DNA of 64,000 nucleotides from Eukaryota sp. GEM-RC1 (GCA_040285855.1 JAUFOQ010000005.1:434001-498000); one strand, 5' to 3'; shown: positions 48,452-62,790, counted from the stretch's first letter. Numbers and translations: made by a program. Notes: a model not told the origin generated them from the letters alone.

Positions 48452-49229
48452 GTCTGAATTCATAATTAGTCTGAAATAATCGATTATAATTCATTTTGCA
48501 GGGAAAAATTATTGGTATACTTCATTATTATTCAGCCTTATCAAAAACGCCTAATGCTGTCTAAAGAAGAGCTACTATAACAGACTACTATCCGAAACAT
48601 TCAGCCAGGCCACTGATGAATTGACTGTTCAGGGGGTGATCATACATGTAGATGCCGAACTTCAACAGGAAGCCAGAACTGTTTTGAACGAAGTCGGGTA
48701 TATTGAAGAAACATCCAATCAATGAGGAAATTATGACAATCTTGATTCCGAAAATAAGCTCAAAGTTGAATTATGGCTATTGAAAACCCGTTTGACCGCT
48801 CTGTACCGAAAACCTGCCGCTATTTTACTCGCATTCTTGGAGCAATACACATGAACTCACCAGTGGATCATTTGACAAGGCCTTACCCGCTCTTGATAAA
48901 GAGTGGATAATTAGTGCTCTAATTACTTGGATCACTCTTAATAGTGCTGATGTAAATCATGCAGCGCCAGGTTCAACAAATTGATGTGGATTTGAACTGT
49001 ATTAGGTGGAGCTCAAATTGCTCTCTTCACATGTCTTTCTATTATGTCCAATATTCTATTTCCCTCTCCAGACTTTAAAATGCAGAAACTTAAACAACAT
49101 TTGAACAACACGTCCCAATTAGCAGTGTACAAAAAGTCGACTCAAGTTGAGACTCAGATTCACGTTTTTCTTACTACATTTTTTTGAAGACAATAATGCA
49201 TTACAAATATAAAGAATGAAACACACAAT

Positions 49230-49800
49230 TCACTCAGACTCTGACTAAATGCATCACTGAATACATCGCAAATTCATGAATTTTGCCACAACGAACCATA
49301 GATTGATGATTGCACCAACATATATTACAAGAATAGACTTGAAAACATTCGATATTGTAGAGCATCATTTTACTTTTCTAAACCCATACTTCAGAAGACA
49401 CTAAAGTCCAAGCCTGTGTTGGTCTAAGCCACAAAGCAGCATCATCTGTTACGTACAAAATCAAGGCACATCTTGTTTCTTTTGAGCAGCGAAATTTAAA
49501 ACATGTTGATATAAAAATACAGGAAAATGTTGTTGTCGGATAGTTGCAAAGCTGCATCTGGAACTAAAGTGTTAGTCTGTTCAGCAGCAGCACGGAAAGC
49601 TGGTGCCAAAAACGTAAGATAGCCTTCTGGGGTACACTCATTGCAGTCTTTACGGTATTACGTCATACGTCAGAATAAAAGAATCTAGACGATCTTACAT
49701 ATTCGCTGTACTTGTGATGCATATCATAATGCTGAGAGTTGAAATCATGTTTCCAAGACCATATATTACTTGATTGAACCGTTATGGAGGAAGAAAATTG
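49230..49800 (-). pseudogene. Possible fucosyltransferase-like remnant
   Basis: YGLGNMIS and LYVTDD motifs in broken frames; heavily degenerate. Confidence 0.2.
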
Positions 49801-51198
49801 TACAGGTAAATTGTCCAACTGTCATATATATCAATGTTCTTAGTAACTGTTATGATCCAACTAGACTTAAGGGATAATACTCGAAGCTGTATAGGATAGA
49901 AGTAAATACAGATGAATATATGATTTATATAGGGTACCAAACATGATGAATGTTGTGTTATCTGAGGAAAGAAGGTAATCAAACAGCAGTACACTTTACG
50001 GTTGACGAATCGGTAGACAAGGGTTCGCGATCGTCCAGATTGAAAGAACAACAGGAGGTTTCTTACATGAGAACAGTTGGCTGGTAAACAGATCTATGAA
50101 AACCAATGATATCGACAACCACTTTCAAGCAACAGCTGAAAAGTTGGATCATGTTATTGAAAGGAGAAAAATGAAAGGAGTGTAAGCATAAAAGAATGTA
50201 TTTTGCTTATGAGATGAATTGTTGATGAAATGCACAATACATGATTTATAATTATAATTATACAATTATAAAAATTACAGTTTGGATTCTTTCAATTTTA
50301 TCTGTACAGTGTAATACAAAAACATTTAATTATATAATGTTCACCACTGTTCTAAAGACTAACATAAACCCTCTACATTAACTTTAATATTAACTATCAA
50401 CACCTTCGCCTGTCAACCATCTATAGACTCAATTATACAGTTAACAATAACTTAACTGAAACTACATTGATAGTGAATCTCTTCCATTGTCTGAAATTGA
50501 AATGCTCACATTTAAAAATTTAAACATTGAAATTCTAAAGGACATTCTGAAGTGCTGGAAATTTCTTCCACCAACAACTGATCAAATACTCTAAGAATCA
50601 TCAGAAGATAATTGTGTCATCTCCTAAAGAAAAAGAAGAGACATAGACGGACTTAAAAAAGAAAAGCGGGAATTTGAACACACTGATCTGTAAAGTCTTA
50701 ATTCAGATAAACAAATATGAACTGACAAAATTTCAAAAACTCAGTAGAAATAGAGATCAATCGGGAGCAAAGCAATCAGCAATCAAGTGATTGAGTTGAT
50801 GACGTCATGTACCAGGAATCCAAAGTAAAGTAACAAACCTGAAACTCAAAGTAAGACCAGGTTATCCAAAAGAAATAGACATGTAGGTTGATGAATCGAG
50901 AAATAGACTCGAGTATAGATGTTTAATCAAGAGTAAGTTAGAGAACAGACTCAACTAGAGTATGATAACAACAAACACGTTTCCCAACACCGTGTTAACA
51001 CGTGTCAAGGGTTACTTCTGGTAACGTGTCACATACACACCACTCAATTGACAAAGAAGAATTGGTCTGTAAATGAGATCATCGGTACCCCGATGTGGAC
51101 TAATAGAGAAGAGAAGAAGAGGGTAGACGAGAGCAACAATGTTCAATTCGAGAGAGTTGAATCAAAGGGAAGGTAAGAAGTTCATGTCATCTCCTCAT

Positions 51199-51600
51199 CA
51201 GTGTTCGAAAATTTTCCACCCCGGACGCCACCCGGGTAGTCACCGGGTGGCAATAAAGTACGAGACATAAGTTTTGGTGCACAAACAACTTTATACACCA
51301 TATACAATGAAACTGAAAGTACTTTAGTAGTGTGTGATATAAAATCACTAACAATGAAGTACTTTGTTTAGGTTTGAGATTTGAAAAACCCTCTGAAAAT
51401 TAAATAAATAAGATGATATTAGCCTCTCCGAGACTGGAAACAACTCCTGCTAAAATAATTATATTCAGGACACGTTGAACATCGAAGTATGTATTCAGGA
51501 AGTCATGGATTGAAGATGATGGTATGACCAAAATTATCCACCCAGTACCACCCAGACACCACCCGGTGGTGGGTGGCACCAAGTAGTTTTCAAACAGCTG
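51199..51600. mobile_element. ~400-bp insertion, hAT-like ends, CCACCCGG subterminal repeats
   Basis: CAGTGTTCGAAAA ... TTTTCAAACAGCTG; absent at paralogous sites (~13360, ~44600); TSD not clear. Confidence 0.6.
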
Positions 51601-51829
51601 AACATGTAACCTTCTCCTGATTGAGATGGGACGCCCTTAGTGACGCGCCACGATTCTACTGCTCAATCCGATTCAATTGGAGCTACAACTCTTTCTTTCC
51701 TTGATCTACCTCTCCTCAAAGTCCTTTCGATGTTCAATCTTCACGTCTTTGTGACCAATCGAACTCCTACAGAGATTCATGAGCAACGTTTGATCTGAAT
51801 CCAAAAACTACATACGAACGTGATTACTA

Positions 51830-52664
51830 CACCGCTGACCTTAATTAATGTCACTGACAATAATTCCGAACGAACTTTTTTGGAAGCACAAACCCAAATT
51901 AATGTCACTGACATTAATTCAGAAAGTTCCAAAATAATGTCACTAGATTTTGTTGAATCAAATCTGTTGTCGACGAGCAACTTATAAAGAAAACATCAGT
52001 AATCAAAGTACTCTTTATAGGTTCCGATCTCATGGTACAATTGAATGTTCTTCCTGTTCACTGTAGTTCAATTATCGAACCTGGATATACATCGTAAGGA
52101 GATATGATTCATTCGAATTGATAAAATCAAAACTGTATATCAACCAGTCGAAAACCATGTTATTGATGTATTAATAGAATTGCCGTTGTTATAAATCTTC
52201 TCTTCTTGACTTTCAGTACCTAGCAGCATCAGCTGACAGGAATCTTGACCACCAGACTCCATCCCAAAACACACAAAAATTATCTTATTACTCATTTCTA
52301 AAATTCTACAGTGCACAGTGTATCCAATATGTTCATTGACTTAGTCATTATGTGGAAGAACTCATAAGATAAGGTAAAAGCGATTCGAAGTTGAAGGTAA
52401 GAGTAATTATATACTGATCCGACGTTCAGGGCAACTATTTTCAAATGTCTTTCTCATTTCCAACAATGTTTACTTGTAGTTGTACTGTATTTTAGCTTTA
52501 GTATTAAGAAAAATTGAGACTTAGAGTTGAAGAAATCATATAGTGGAGATGTTCCAAATTGATGTCACTTATTTTCCAGAATTGCTCAAACCTAAAGTAA
52601 TGTCACTGACATTAATTGCGAAGTGACAATAATTTGGAAGTGACATTAATTAAGGTCAGCGGTG
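51830..52664. mobile_element. 835-bp Tc1/mariner-type MITE with perfect 26-bp TIR and TA TSD
   Basis: TA|CACCGCTGACCTTAATTAATGTCACT ... AGTGACATTAATTAAGGTCAGCGGTG|TA; paralogous empty site ACTAGTCTGAAG has one TA. Confidence 0.92.
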
Positions 52665-52814
52665 TAGTCTGAAGTCTCTCTCATTTCCTTTAACTAAAAC
52701 TAGTGAATCTCCGCCTCTAAGCTCTGTCGCTTCTCCTCGTCCTTCACACTCCTCCAGTTCCTTCCTTCTTGCTCCCTCTCAAAGTAGTGTCTTGCCAGTG
52801 CTCTCGTCATTTTT

Positions 52815-53100
52815 TTTGTAATGGAATTAGCACCCATGACATTCTCTTCTATACAGAATTCTCTTGAAAAACGTCAGCAAATGCTATAGATGCTTCGTGT
52901 AGAATAAATGTAGAACTTAGACCAAACTTCGTAATAGACAAGTTTATTTTCAATGCTCCAACCAGAGCTAAGGTGGGTTGAACAATAGATTTAACAAAAT
53001 GAGTATTATCAAACTCAAAAAAAGTCAATGCAGTGTTCTTAGCAATTAACTTACACAGATTAATCACAGTACCATGAAATTGACATCTTGTTATGGTAAG
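52815..53100 (-). pseudogene. Divergent LRR fragment
   Basis: ALVGALKINLSITKFGLSS...IAFADVFQENS. Confidence 0.5.
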
Positions 53101-53369
53101 TCACTGCAGAAAACACAGAAAAGAGGGTCTTCGTTCATCGTCATAAGCACTTCTGCAGCATGAGAACATGGCTATTCATGTTGCCATCTTCCATAGTCAC
53201 AATGATTCTCTCTCAAACTTACTCTTCTGTACCTTCCACTTTCCAATGAAACCACCCCTGAATTCAACCACTTTTCGCACTGTGCAATTGGAGAAAGTTG
53301 ATTTTCGCTTTTGACCTACAGCAACGTCATCATATCGGGGCGTAGGTGCATAAAAGCACGTGCGGACAA

Positions 53370-53750
53370 TATTCAGCACGTGTTGCGTGTTGAAAACACG
53401 TGTTGAGTGTTGGCGCCAACACATGTTGAATATATTCTGAGCACAAGAACAGAATAACTCACTTTAAGATCAACCAACGGAAAAACACATTCATTTTTCT
53501 CTCATATTACAGCCGATCCAAGTTGATAAATTGGAACTGATTTTCAATGATTCCAGAACTGATAACATGAAGAGCTCATCAATAATCCATACATTTAAGT
53601 AAACTTGAATTTTCTACCTTTATTCAATATATTAAGAACAGTAGAAATTTACCCAAATTCAAGTGTGACATAGAAGAATGACATATCCAACGCATGTTGG
53701 ACTTCTCGAAAACCTCATTCAACACGTATTGAGGTGACTCCGAGCACAGC
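53370..53750 (-). mobile_element. Inverted, diverged copy of the 18987-19378 element
   Basis: Reverse-complement similarity; terminus CCGAGCACAGC at 53750; the other end was not located. Confidence 0.65.
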
Positions 53751-53769
53751 CGGAAATAGCACATTTTAG

Positions 53770-54413
53770 CAGTGATGACGGGCACCACGGTTTCATTCAT
53801 GGTACTCTGTGGTACCTGGGACTACCATAAATCTTATGGTGGGTACTGATTTGTATCAATTTGGTACCTTACAGTATGGATCTTATTTCCTCTACCAAAC
53901 TTGCCTCTTATTTTCAGGTCCTCAAGGCCGCAGGTCGCTTTAATGGCTACCACCGCTAATGACAAAATGGATGCCTTTTATTGCAATTTCATTACCACGA
54001 TTCTGTGTCAACTGGAGGCAGAAGAAGCAGACTATGAGCTCGCAATGGAAAATAGTGATTTTGAAGATTCTAAAGCTGATGTTGCTGATCAATCTGATCA
54101 AACAAACTGGGAATTCCAAGCCAACATGGAGGATTTGAACGAAGGAGAAGACTGTGATGTTCCATTTTTGTTCGTGCACCTTTTCTGCTGGATCCATTAG
54201 ACGAGTTTGGTGATGACGTGACAATATTGTCTAGTTGTTCTGTATCATAGTTTTTATTGTAATAAGATGCTGATTCTGGACTGTGATCTGTACTGGTAGT
54301 GTTGAGCTTGTGTATACATGTTTGTTACAGCAACTGGAAAAAACGTGGTGCCCATATTGGATTTTTGAAAAAGAGGGTATTACGATGGTAACCACTAATA
54401 CCCATCATCAGGG
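53770..54413. mobile_element. hAT-like non-autonomous element with 8-bp TSD and an acidic ORF remnant
   Basis: CATTTTAG|CAGTGATGACGGG ... CCCATCATCAGGG|AATTTTAG. Confidence 0.65.
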
Positions 54414-54433
54414 AATTTTAGTTTCAAGTCGAC

Positions 54434-55503
54434 ATGTGGACTTTTTTTCTGTCTCTACTTGTAGGTTCCTTGGCCTTACACAGATATGTAGAGCCTGCAC
54501 TAGATCTACAGCAAATCTTCAGTGCAAAAGAAGAGGGTTGGCTTGGAGCTGATGTTGTTTGTTCTCATCCAATCTCATCCAATAGGTCCTTATGGATCTT
54601 CGGTGACTCTTTATTTGGATCGTCGGATGGTAAAACCAGAAACATTACTGCAATGTATCGAAACAGCATAGCTTTACTAGACAAGGACAGTCACACTCCC
54701 TACTTTTTCTTTCAGAATCGTAACAAGTCACCCTTCTTTAAACCCAATGCTGCAAACTCCTGGGTATGGCCTATTTCTCTCTACTCTTCACATTCTCATA
54801 CCATCGTCGTCCTCTCCTATGCTGTAGTAGAAGATCCTTCCGATCCTTTTGGTTTTGCTGTTAACGGCTCCTATATCCACGTAGCCTCTGATCTAGAATC
54901 TCATCCTCACCACTGGAACATCCAATCCCAGTTTCTCCCCTTTACTTCCACTTCTCTAACAGCTTCTGCTGCTGCTCTCTTCTTGACAACTCCCTCCATG
55001 TCGTAGGAGTAGAACATGACCATTCTGGCAAACACAATGTCTTCTTCAAAGCCACTCCTTCCTCTGATCCTCTTCATCTCTCCTGGTCTATCCTTGTCCA
55101 CGACACCAACTCCCTCTCCAACTTCTACATTCCAATATCTGACTATCTCAATCACAAGTCCAAGTATATCTCTGTAAGACTACCTGAAGGAACAGACGAG
55201 GGCTATCTACTATTTTTCAAGGACAAGTGGCTCTTCTTCTACAATGAAGCCTTTGGAAACTCTATTAATTACCGAGTAGCTACTAGTTTTGAAGGACCTT
55301 GGAGTGAAGGTGTTGTTTTGTACGAAGTTCCTGATGAGTACAAGAGTAGGAATAGGTTTTTCTATGCTCCAAAGGTTCATCCTGAAATGAGTAAACATGA
55401 TGACGAGTTGATTTTGACCTATGCGACTAATTCTTTTGTTCCTCAGGACTTAGATGATGATGCGGATTTGTACGTTCCTAGATTTATTCGTTCATTTTGG
55501 TGA
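54434..55503 (+). CDS. Secreted DUF4185/DUF5005-like putative beta-propeller glycoside hydrolase; one frameshift near 54980
   Basis: Signal-peptide-like start; GWLGAD...LWIFGDS...RNSIA; after one frame change the ORF is open through EGPWS...YAPKVHP...YVPRF to TGA 55503. Confidence 0.7.
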
Positions 55504-57600
55504 AATTGTAAATAATTAATTTCTTTTGTCTTTGAATTTGATACCGTAGTGTAATGCAAACAGATTTGTCACTGCAATGACTCAAATAAGAACACGAACA
55601 GGATCGATCATTAAGTTTTGGTGAATATTCGAAATGAATAATTTTTTCATTAGTATCAATAATATCAGGCAAAACATTGATCTCCAGCAAGCGTTTGGAT
55701 GCTACAAACTTATAAAGAGAAAATAGAGTCTTTAGAGAAGGATTCTTCAAGCCTTGACATTGAACACGATTAATAGGGAGTTTGGACCTTAAAGATTTCA
55801 CAAGGGCATTAGCGTCAGCTTCTACAAGTGGCTCATCATACTTGATGATACCATTACCTACATCAAGTGAGTGTGGAGTAAATTCAACAATTGAAGACAA
55901 TTGGTGAGCTGAATAGCGATCAAAAATGTTCAAGAGACCCTTCAACTCAATGTTGATGTCACTGAGATTTACGTTGATTAAACCAGGCTTAGACTGAATT
56001 GTAGTTAGATCAATTTTGATGTATTCATCAAAAGAGCATTGGCTCAAGTCAATGGTGGTCAAAACGTGATTGCTGTGTATTAAATCGCACAACGCAATGG
56101 TTGCTTTGTCAGAAAACATGCATCTATTGAGAGTAAGTTCTTTGATACTGTGTAACTCTAGAAAAGTCTGAAGAGATAAGATTTCTGGAACAGTTATTAT
56201 GACATAGTCATCCATTTGAGCGAAAGAAAACACACCACTTTCTAAATCAACACAGTGATGAGCAAAACTAAGATCAATAATGGATTTTTGAATGGAATGA
56301 ATTTGAAACAAAATGAAGAGTCCTTAAAGACTTAAAAATTCCTCAACGCCAAGACATTCAACACGAGTAATTCGAACATTGGATTTGAGAGCAATTAAAA
56401 GTGCCATTAAATCGGCTTCATTAACAAAACTGTCATAACGAATAGAGCCAAGAGAGATATCAAAAGAATGATGAGAAACATCAAGATCAATCACAGATTT
56501 GTTGATTGAGTGAATTTGATATGAAGCTATTAATCCTTCCAGATATGGTTCTCTCAATCCTTCACATTTAACACGCTCAGTAGGGATATTTGACTTAATG
56601 GCCTTTAAATAATAGTCCAAATCATTGTTATAGATCTCCTCTTCAAAAGTAATAATGTCAGTGCAAAATTCGATAGAATGAGGTTCAATACCTACATCAG
56701 TTATTGAGCTGCTAAATAAAAGAATTTCAAATAGGGCAACTATTCCTCCAAAACTTAGACTTCGAAATTCATCAAATTTAATGTGTTTAATTGGAACATT
56801 GGAATATAGCGCTTTTGACAACGATTTTAAACTGGTGTTGGAGTTACTGTCGGCACAAATTGTACCACAAGAAAAATCAATAGGATCGTGTGAGAGAGTG
56901 ATATTTATCGGTAGTTTACTGGTCCAACCGAGTTCAAAAATGAGCAACAAACTTTGGAGTTTTGGATTTTCATTGCTCAGATTGACCGTCTGTAAGGCAT
57001 AAACTGTATTGACTCGACCAGTGTGCAATTTCACCATCAGACAAGGAACAATCACTAATGTCAATCGAAGTCATGGTCTTGCTGTCTTTGATTAGATCAT
57101 AGAAAGAAGCAATTGAGACACGGTTGAAACGTGACTGTTTAAGACTTAATTTCTTTGATATCATGCATCTCCAGGAAAGAGCACAATAAGGAGACATCTT
57201 TAAGTGCAATGTTGCTGGATTCACGCACGTCTGAGAAAAAAACAACATTGTTAAGGTCAACGCAACAAGGAGAAAGGCCTATAATTGGTCTTATTGAAGG
57301 GCATGAAATTATTTCAAACAATTGAATCATTTGATTCACACTTAACTTTAATTTAGGAAAGTCAACCCTCTTTAGTGTTGAGTTATTTACCAGTCCTTTA
57401 AGAATGATAACTGATTGATAGAAATTAACCACCGAATCATCAATGCTTACGACAAGTAGTGTCGTGTTACTCTTGAACATTGAAACTAATTCTTGGACTT
57501 CTTGATCTGACAGAGGTCTCTTTGATTGGTGTTTTGATAGCTCCAATAAAGAGAAATTGAATACAAGAGATTTCAATGTTGTTAAGAAAGCACAACAGTT
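55484..57600 (-). pseudogene. Large divergent LRR-like repeat protein, frameshifted, 5' end cut by the Gypsy LTR
   Basis: Recurrent ALKSNxPIxRVxCxGL and PHSxDxxxG motifs, IDLSQC/IDISDC LRR strands across four overlapping ORFs. Confidence 0.7.
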
Positions 57601-57616
57601 CCTAATTTCGAGTTTC

Positions 57617-60600
57617 TAATACCTAAAGGTGCAAAGGGGAAGGTAAAGGGGGTTTATAAATCAAATTATACGTACTAGTAACACTTCACTAACACTTGTG
57701 GCTAACATAACCTCTTCTCTCTTCATGAGCTCCTTGTCCTCTTAGCTACAGGTGTCTTAACTACAAACGATGACTTTGGAATACTCAAACTACTTGCGGT
57801 ACGTTTAAGCTTAGTGGGTTTACTCTTAGCTACGTTTCTACTATTACAAAATAAATCTACATTTTCTAATTTTACAAATTCATTATACGCATTGGTGTTC
57901 TTGATGTCCTTGGTGGGAACTGATGAAATATCACCACCAAACCAAAGTACAGCACAATGTTCGCCATCGGGTGTCTTGAACCTATCTAGGATCTTAACCA
58001 CGATGTGTTCTTCAGAATCCCCAGAAGCAATTGCTCTGTGGAGATCATGATCAGCAGGTAGATCTGATTGAAAGATCTTACATTGATGAATTCTAGTCTT
58101 ACTAACATATCCAGTGATCAGATTCTTCAAGGAAACTGACGATTTCGAATCAATTGAGACAACTAAATAAGGTCCAGTGTAATTACCATGAAGCTTACTA
58201 GTTTTGGATGATTTTAAAACAAGGTCTCCAACATTGAATGATTGACTGTGGCCAGACTTCTTCTTTGGCTTGAGTCTCGATTGACGAACCTCTGCCTCCT
58301 CTCTCTTTTTAGTAAGACGATCCAGTTTCATTTTAATGTCGTAAATAAACGAAATATTCTTTGTCGATTTGTCAACAGCAGCTAGTAAATTACTAGGATC
58401 TGCACCAGGACTTATGTCACTACCAAACATCAATTCATAAGGTGAGTGCCCAGTCACAGAACTATTCGTTGCGCTGATTTGCAATTGTACAGTTGGAATG
58501 TACGTTGACCAAATGTCATAATCATTGAAGTCCACAAGGAGACGACGTAGGCTTTGCAGAACGTCTCTGTGACGTCGTTCCACCTGCCCATTACTCTGGG
58601 AGAAATGTGGAATCGAACTACTTACTTCAATCGCCAGTAGGTTACATATTGCCTCGAAAACAGCATTGGTAAACTCGGTACCATTATCACTATGGATACA
58701 AAACGGTATTCAAAAGATAGCAATCACATCCCACACAAGACGATATGCTACTTCTCTACTGTTAAGTTCTTCGAGGGGGCTCAAAATGGTGTATCTGGTG
58801 AAGGAATCTACAAACACCAATAGGAATTGTTTCCATTTTGATCTTTTGGAAGTGGACCAATTGTGTCGACATTACGTCTAGCAAAAGGTCTATCAGCCCA
58901 TAGAGAACCCGTCGATTCAATTATCTTTTTAGGGACATGTGCCGTTTTCTGACACACAGGGCATTGCTTAACATGTTTTATCATGTCAGCTTTCATACTT
59001 GGCCAAAAGTATAAAAAAAAGTAGTAGAACAATACTTCCAAACTTCGTTTCTTGTTTGCATGTCCTGACTGGACTAATCCATGGAGCATATAAAGAACTT
59101 CCGTCCTCAAACTAGATGGAATCAAAATCTTGTTCTTGGAGTTGTTGTATACATTGCTCATAGTACACAGTGTTGAATCCTGAAACAGTTGATCTCCTTC
59201 CTTGATAGCTTTTTGTTGTTTAGCTCGAATGGTTGATAACCAAGAATCAAATAAAGGCAATTTATTGTATGTTGAGAGGTCTTGTAGACTCTTGATAGCT
59301 AGTATGTTGGTGTTACAAGGAAGCATCTCAACGTAATTAGCTTCATCATAGATTAACCCTTCACGAGAAAGAATTATATCATTTCTGATGGTATGATTTG
59401 AGATCAACAGAGATTTGATTGTTTCAACTTGGCGACGGTCAATAGCACGTGATAACATGTCAGCCCATTGACTGTTTGTACCAGCTACGTGCTTAACTCA
59501 GAGAATATTGGAATCCATCGTTTGACAATACGATTCTTTTCTGGAGCTGAGATCAGATAAGCAAGGTTCCTATGATCTGTAAAGATCGTCAAATGCCTAC
59601 TTAATAGGAGACCTTCTAAACTAGATTCGGTCAGAATCAAGAGAATGGCATACAGCTCTTTCTGGATAGCTGCCCAATTCTGTTGACTATCATTGAGTAA
59701 ACGGCTATAAAACGATACAGGTCTAACTCTACGTTCTTCTAACGGAGTTCCTGGAGGAGCTGGAGGATTTTCTTCCTGCCAGATCACACCACTAACAGTA
59801 ATGTCGGATGCATCTGTGGATATGGAAATGTTCTTATCAGTATCAGGTAGATCTAAAGCCATATGGTTTATTGTTTCGGTTTTAATTTTGTCTAATAATC
59901 ATGGTTTTTTGTCCAAGCAATTTTCTTGGGTTTACCACGAGTCAGTTCATTGATTCATGCAGTCAAGTTCGAGTAATTTGGAATCTATTGACGAACATAA
60001 GCACCAAGTAAACTTCTAATTTCAGGTAAAGTTGAAGGAGCAGGTAACTCAATCAACGTCGAAACTCTTTTATCATCTATGCAACGGGTTTTATTACAAA
60101 AGTTGATGCCCAGAATCCAATTAGGATGTCTAGAAGTGGTGAACCTACACTTCTTCAATCCAATCCGTACTCTAAAACGTTCTGCTCGTTCCAGTACTAG
60201 ATTTATTCTTGAAATAAACTCTTCAAAGGTATTGCCTACAACAATTATATCATCAATATAAATGAAAACACCTTCAACATTGAAAATTTCCATCATGATG
60301 TTTTGAAAGATTGATGGTACGTTTTTCAATCCAAAACATGCTCGTTTAAAGCTAATAGACATTCCAGGTATAGACACACTGGTCTTCTCGACATCTTCTT
60401 CAGCTACACTTAGCTGTCAGAATGCTTTAGGAAGGTCAAGTGTTCCAATGAAATTTGCTTTTGAAAGAAACTCTAGAACATCACAGATTCGTGGCAAATT
60501 TGGTTTCACCGGTCTGTTATTAGCAATAATCCCATCAGTTCCACTGAAATCTCCAGTTCAACGAGGCTTACGGTGATCATTATATACCACCAAGACTATG

Positions 60601-60897
60601 GGACTACTGAACTTACCAGTCGATGGTACGGCCCATCCTTGTCGTACAAGTTCATTGAGAATTTCTTCGGCTATTCGCTGTTTTTCAGGGTTAAGCCTTC
60701 TAGGAGGACGAAATACAGTGACAGATTCATCATAAAATGGAATTGTCATGGGTGGACAATCAATACCATCAGGATGTATATCTTCTGAAAAGACTTGTTT
60801 GTATTTACTGAGTAGGCTCAGAAGCTCCGTTCTTTTGTAGGATCATCCAATTCTATCATACAACCAGAGTTGTCAATGGTTTCTTCAAACAGATCTA
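57617..60897 (-). mobile_element. 5'-truncated, decayed Gypsy family-1 relative with 91-bp 3' LTR (57617-57707)
   Basis: Colinear with 23496-26793; nonsense and frameshift lesions; LTR TGTTAGCC...GGTATTA. Confidence 0.92.
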
Positions 60898-60987
60898 ACT
60901 ACATTAAAGTGCTCTAAACTATTTTTTCAATTAATACAAAAAATATACACGTCTACTGAACACAATCCTGGTGATTCTTAGGAAAAG

Positions 60988-62790
60988 CTACGACCAAATC
61001 TTCAAAACATGAGCATTATCATGGATTTTACAGACAAACGATGAAAAACCAAACGGAAGACACGTCAACGCCAACAATGCCAGAGAAAACTGAAATCTTT
61101 GGGTACAGGACAAATGTTCATTTACATTAACGTCGTGATAAATCTGACGTAACAAGTCGTCAGCATTACTGGACTTAATACGTATCTCGAAAAACAACAG
61201 AAAGAACCTGGAAAGCAGAATAGCATGTGGTCCTGATGTTGGACAATCAGTAATTGAAACGAGAAAATCATAAGCAAGTGTGTTTTCTGCTAGCAACTGA
61301 TGAACAGTGTTGAACTTGTCGGGAATGCGTTTAAAAAAATTGAAAACTGCAGAGCTATCGATAGTCAAAGAGAATGTGGGAATGCAAAACCTAATCAGTC
61401 TTAAAGCAAATTTAAAATGATGTTCAGACAGATTAACTTGGAAACCACAACTTCTGAGATTGTGAGTTAGCTTGGACTTTAGGTCAGCCTCATCATCATG
61501 ACCAACGTGATATTGCTTGTACGATTTTCTTGGATTGTAAATGGCATACTGAGAAGGAAATACGAGAAGGACTTTCGGCCACTCTCTACCTGTAAAGACG
61601 AGACCAGCTCCCAAAGAAACATCGGTAAAAGAATTCATCGTTTTGCAGACTGGGATATTATCAAGACTGCCTATAAACTCCTTCTTGAATTGCCTACAAG
61701 CAGATAGCCCACCAACAAAAACCACTTCAGCAGGCTCCTGATGTACAATTTGTTTCAATATTGCACAGATTCTCTCACGAGGTGAATTAGCTCCAAGAAG
61801 TCCTGCTTCCTCACAGTAAATAAAAAACAACTTTTGGTCAATCACAATTTCAAAAGGTTCGCCCTTAATATCAATATCAGGAGTGAGGTCGTCAAATCTA
61901 ATAATCGCATTGCTGTTTAAAAACAAAGACTGTAGCGATGTTCTGCATTTTAAAAGTGCCTTGTACTTTTGTCTTCCATCATTTTGGAACGCAGCTAAGC
62001 AAAAGTCCTCAGGAGACAAATTGCTCAATTGATCTTCCATCATCTGATATACAACTGATTCGAAATCTCGAAGTCCAAGAAAAACTTCAAACGATCCTGG
62101 AGGACAAGACTCTATTCTAGATCGATCGATCGAGTATACTCCACATTTGATTGAAGAATAACCAGCATCGATGAGAACAACTTTTCTTGGTCTATCCAGT
62201 GTATGCAGATTTTTGTAATGATATAAACAGGCCAAAGCCAACGTAGAATCAACAATAAAAGATTGAGCTGATGTATTCACCTTTTGAATAGCACTTGCAA
62301 TGTCATACGTAAGAGTAGGAGGAACTGCAACAACAGCAGATACACAGTCTTTTCCATGAGCATCAAAAACCCTTGCAACAAGGATTTTAGGTGAAGAATG
62401 CGAGCTTTCCGGTGATATCTTTCCGTATTGTGTACCAGAGGGTGGAGAAGAGAAGACGATAAATGTTTTAGGGAATGTATCAAAGAATCGGAAGAATCGG
62501 AACAGGATGGGAAGCCTAAACATCCCCATAGATGGGCATTAACAGCAACAACATTACGGACTCTACCGACAGCAAAAAGAGATTTCTCAGAACTATAAGC
62601 ATAAGGAACAGATGCATCCATTCCAGTTGAGAAAACTTCTGGTGAGGATTCGCAAATGGCATTACTACGGTCAGAGTGGAAGGTCATCATACGGGAAAGA
62701 AATCTGTGCTGGAACAACCGGGTTGGAGACACCCTTAATAACTGTTGAGTAGACTAAAGAGGTGGATCCAAAATCGATTGCGAGATTCAT
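60988..62790 (-). pseudogene. Divergent Hsp70/Hsp110-like nucleotide-binding-domain gene, frameshifted in the 5' part
   Basis: LAIDFGSTS, VVAVPP, VLIDAGYSS, GLRDFE, VVFVGGLS, DVSLGAG motifs in Hsp70 order; C-terminus unlike a substrate-binding domain. Confidence 0.7.

Larger units (their letters stand above)
50774..52808 (+). repeat. Third copy of the 12924-13740 / 44164-44980 block carrying two extra insertions
   Basis: Direct sequence similarity; insertions at 51199-51600 and 51830-52664. Confidence 0.85.
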
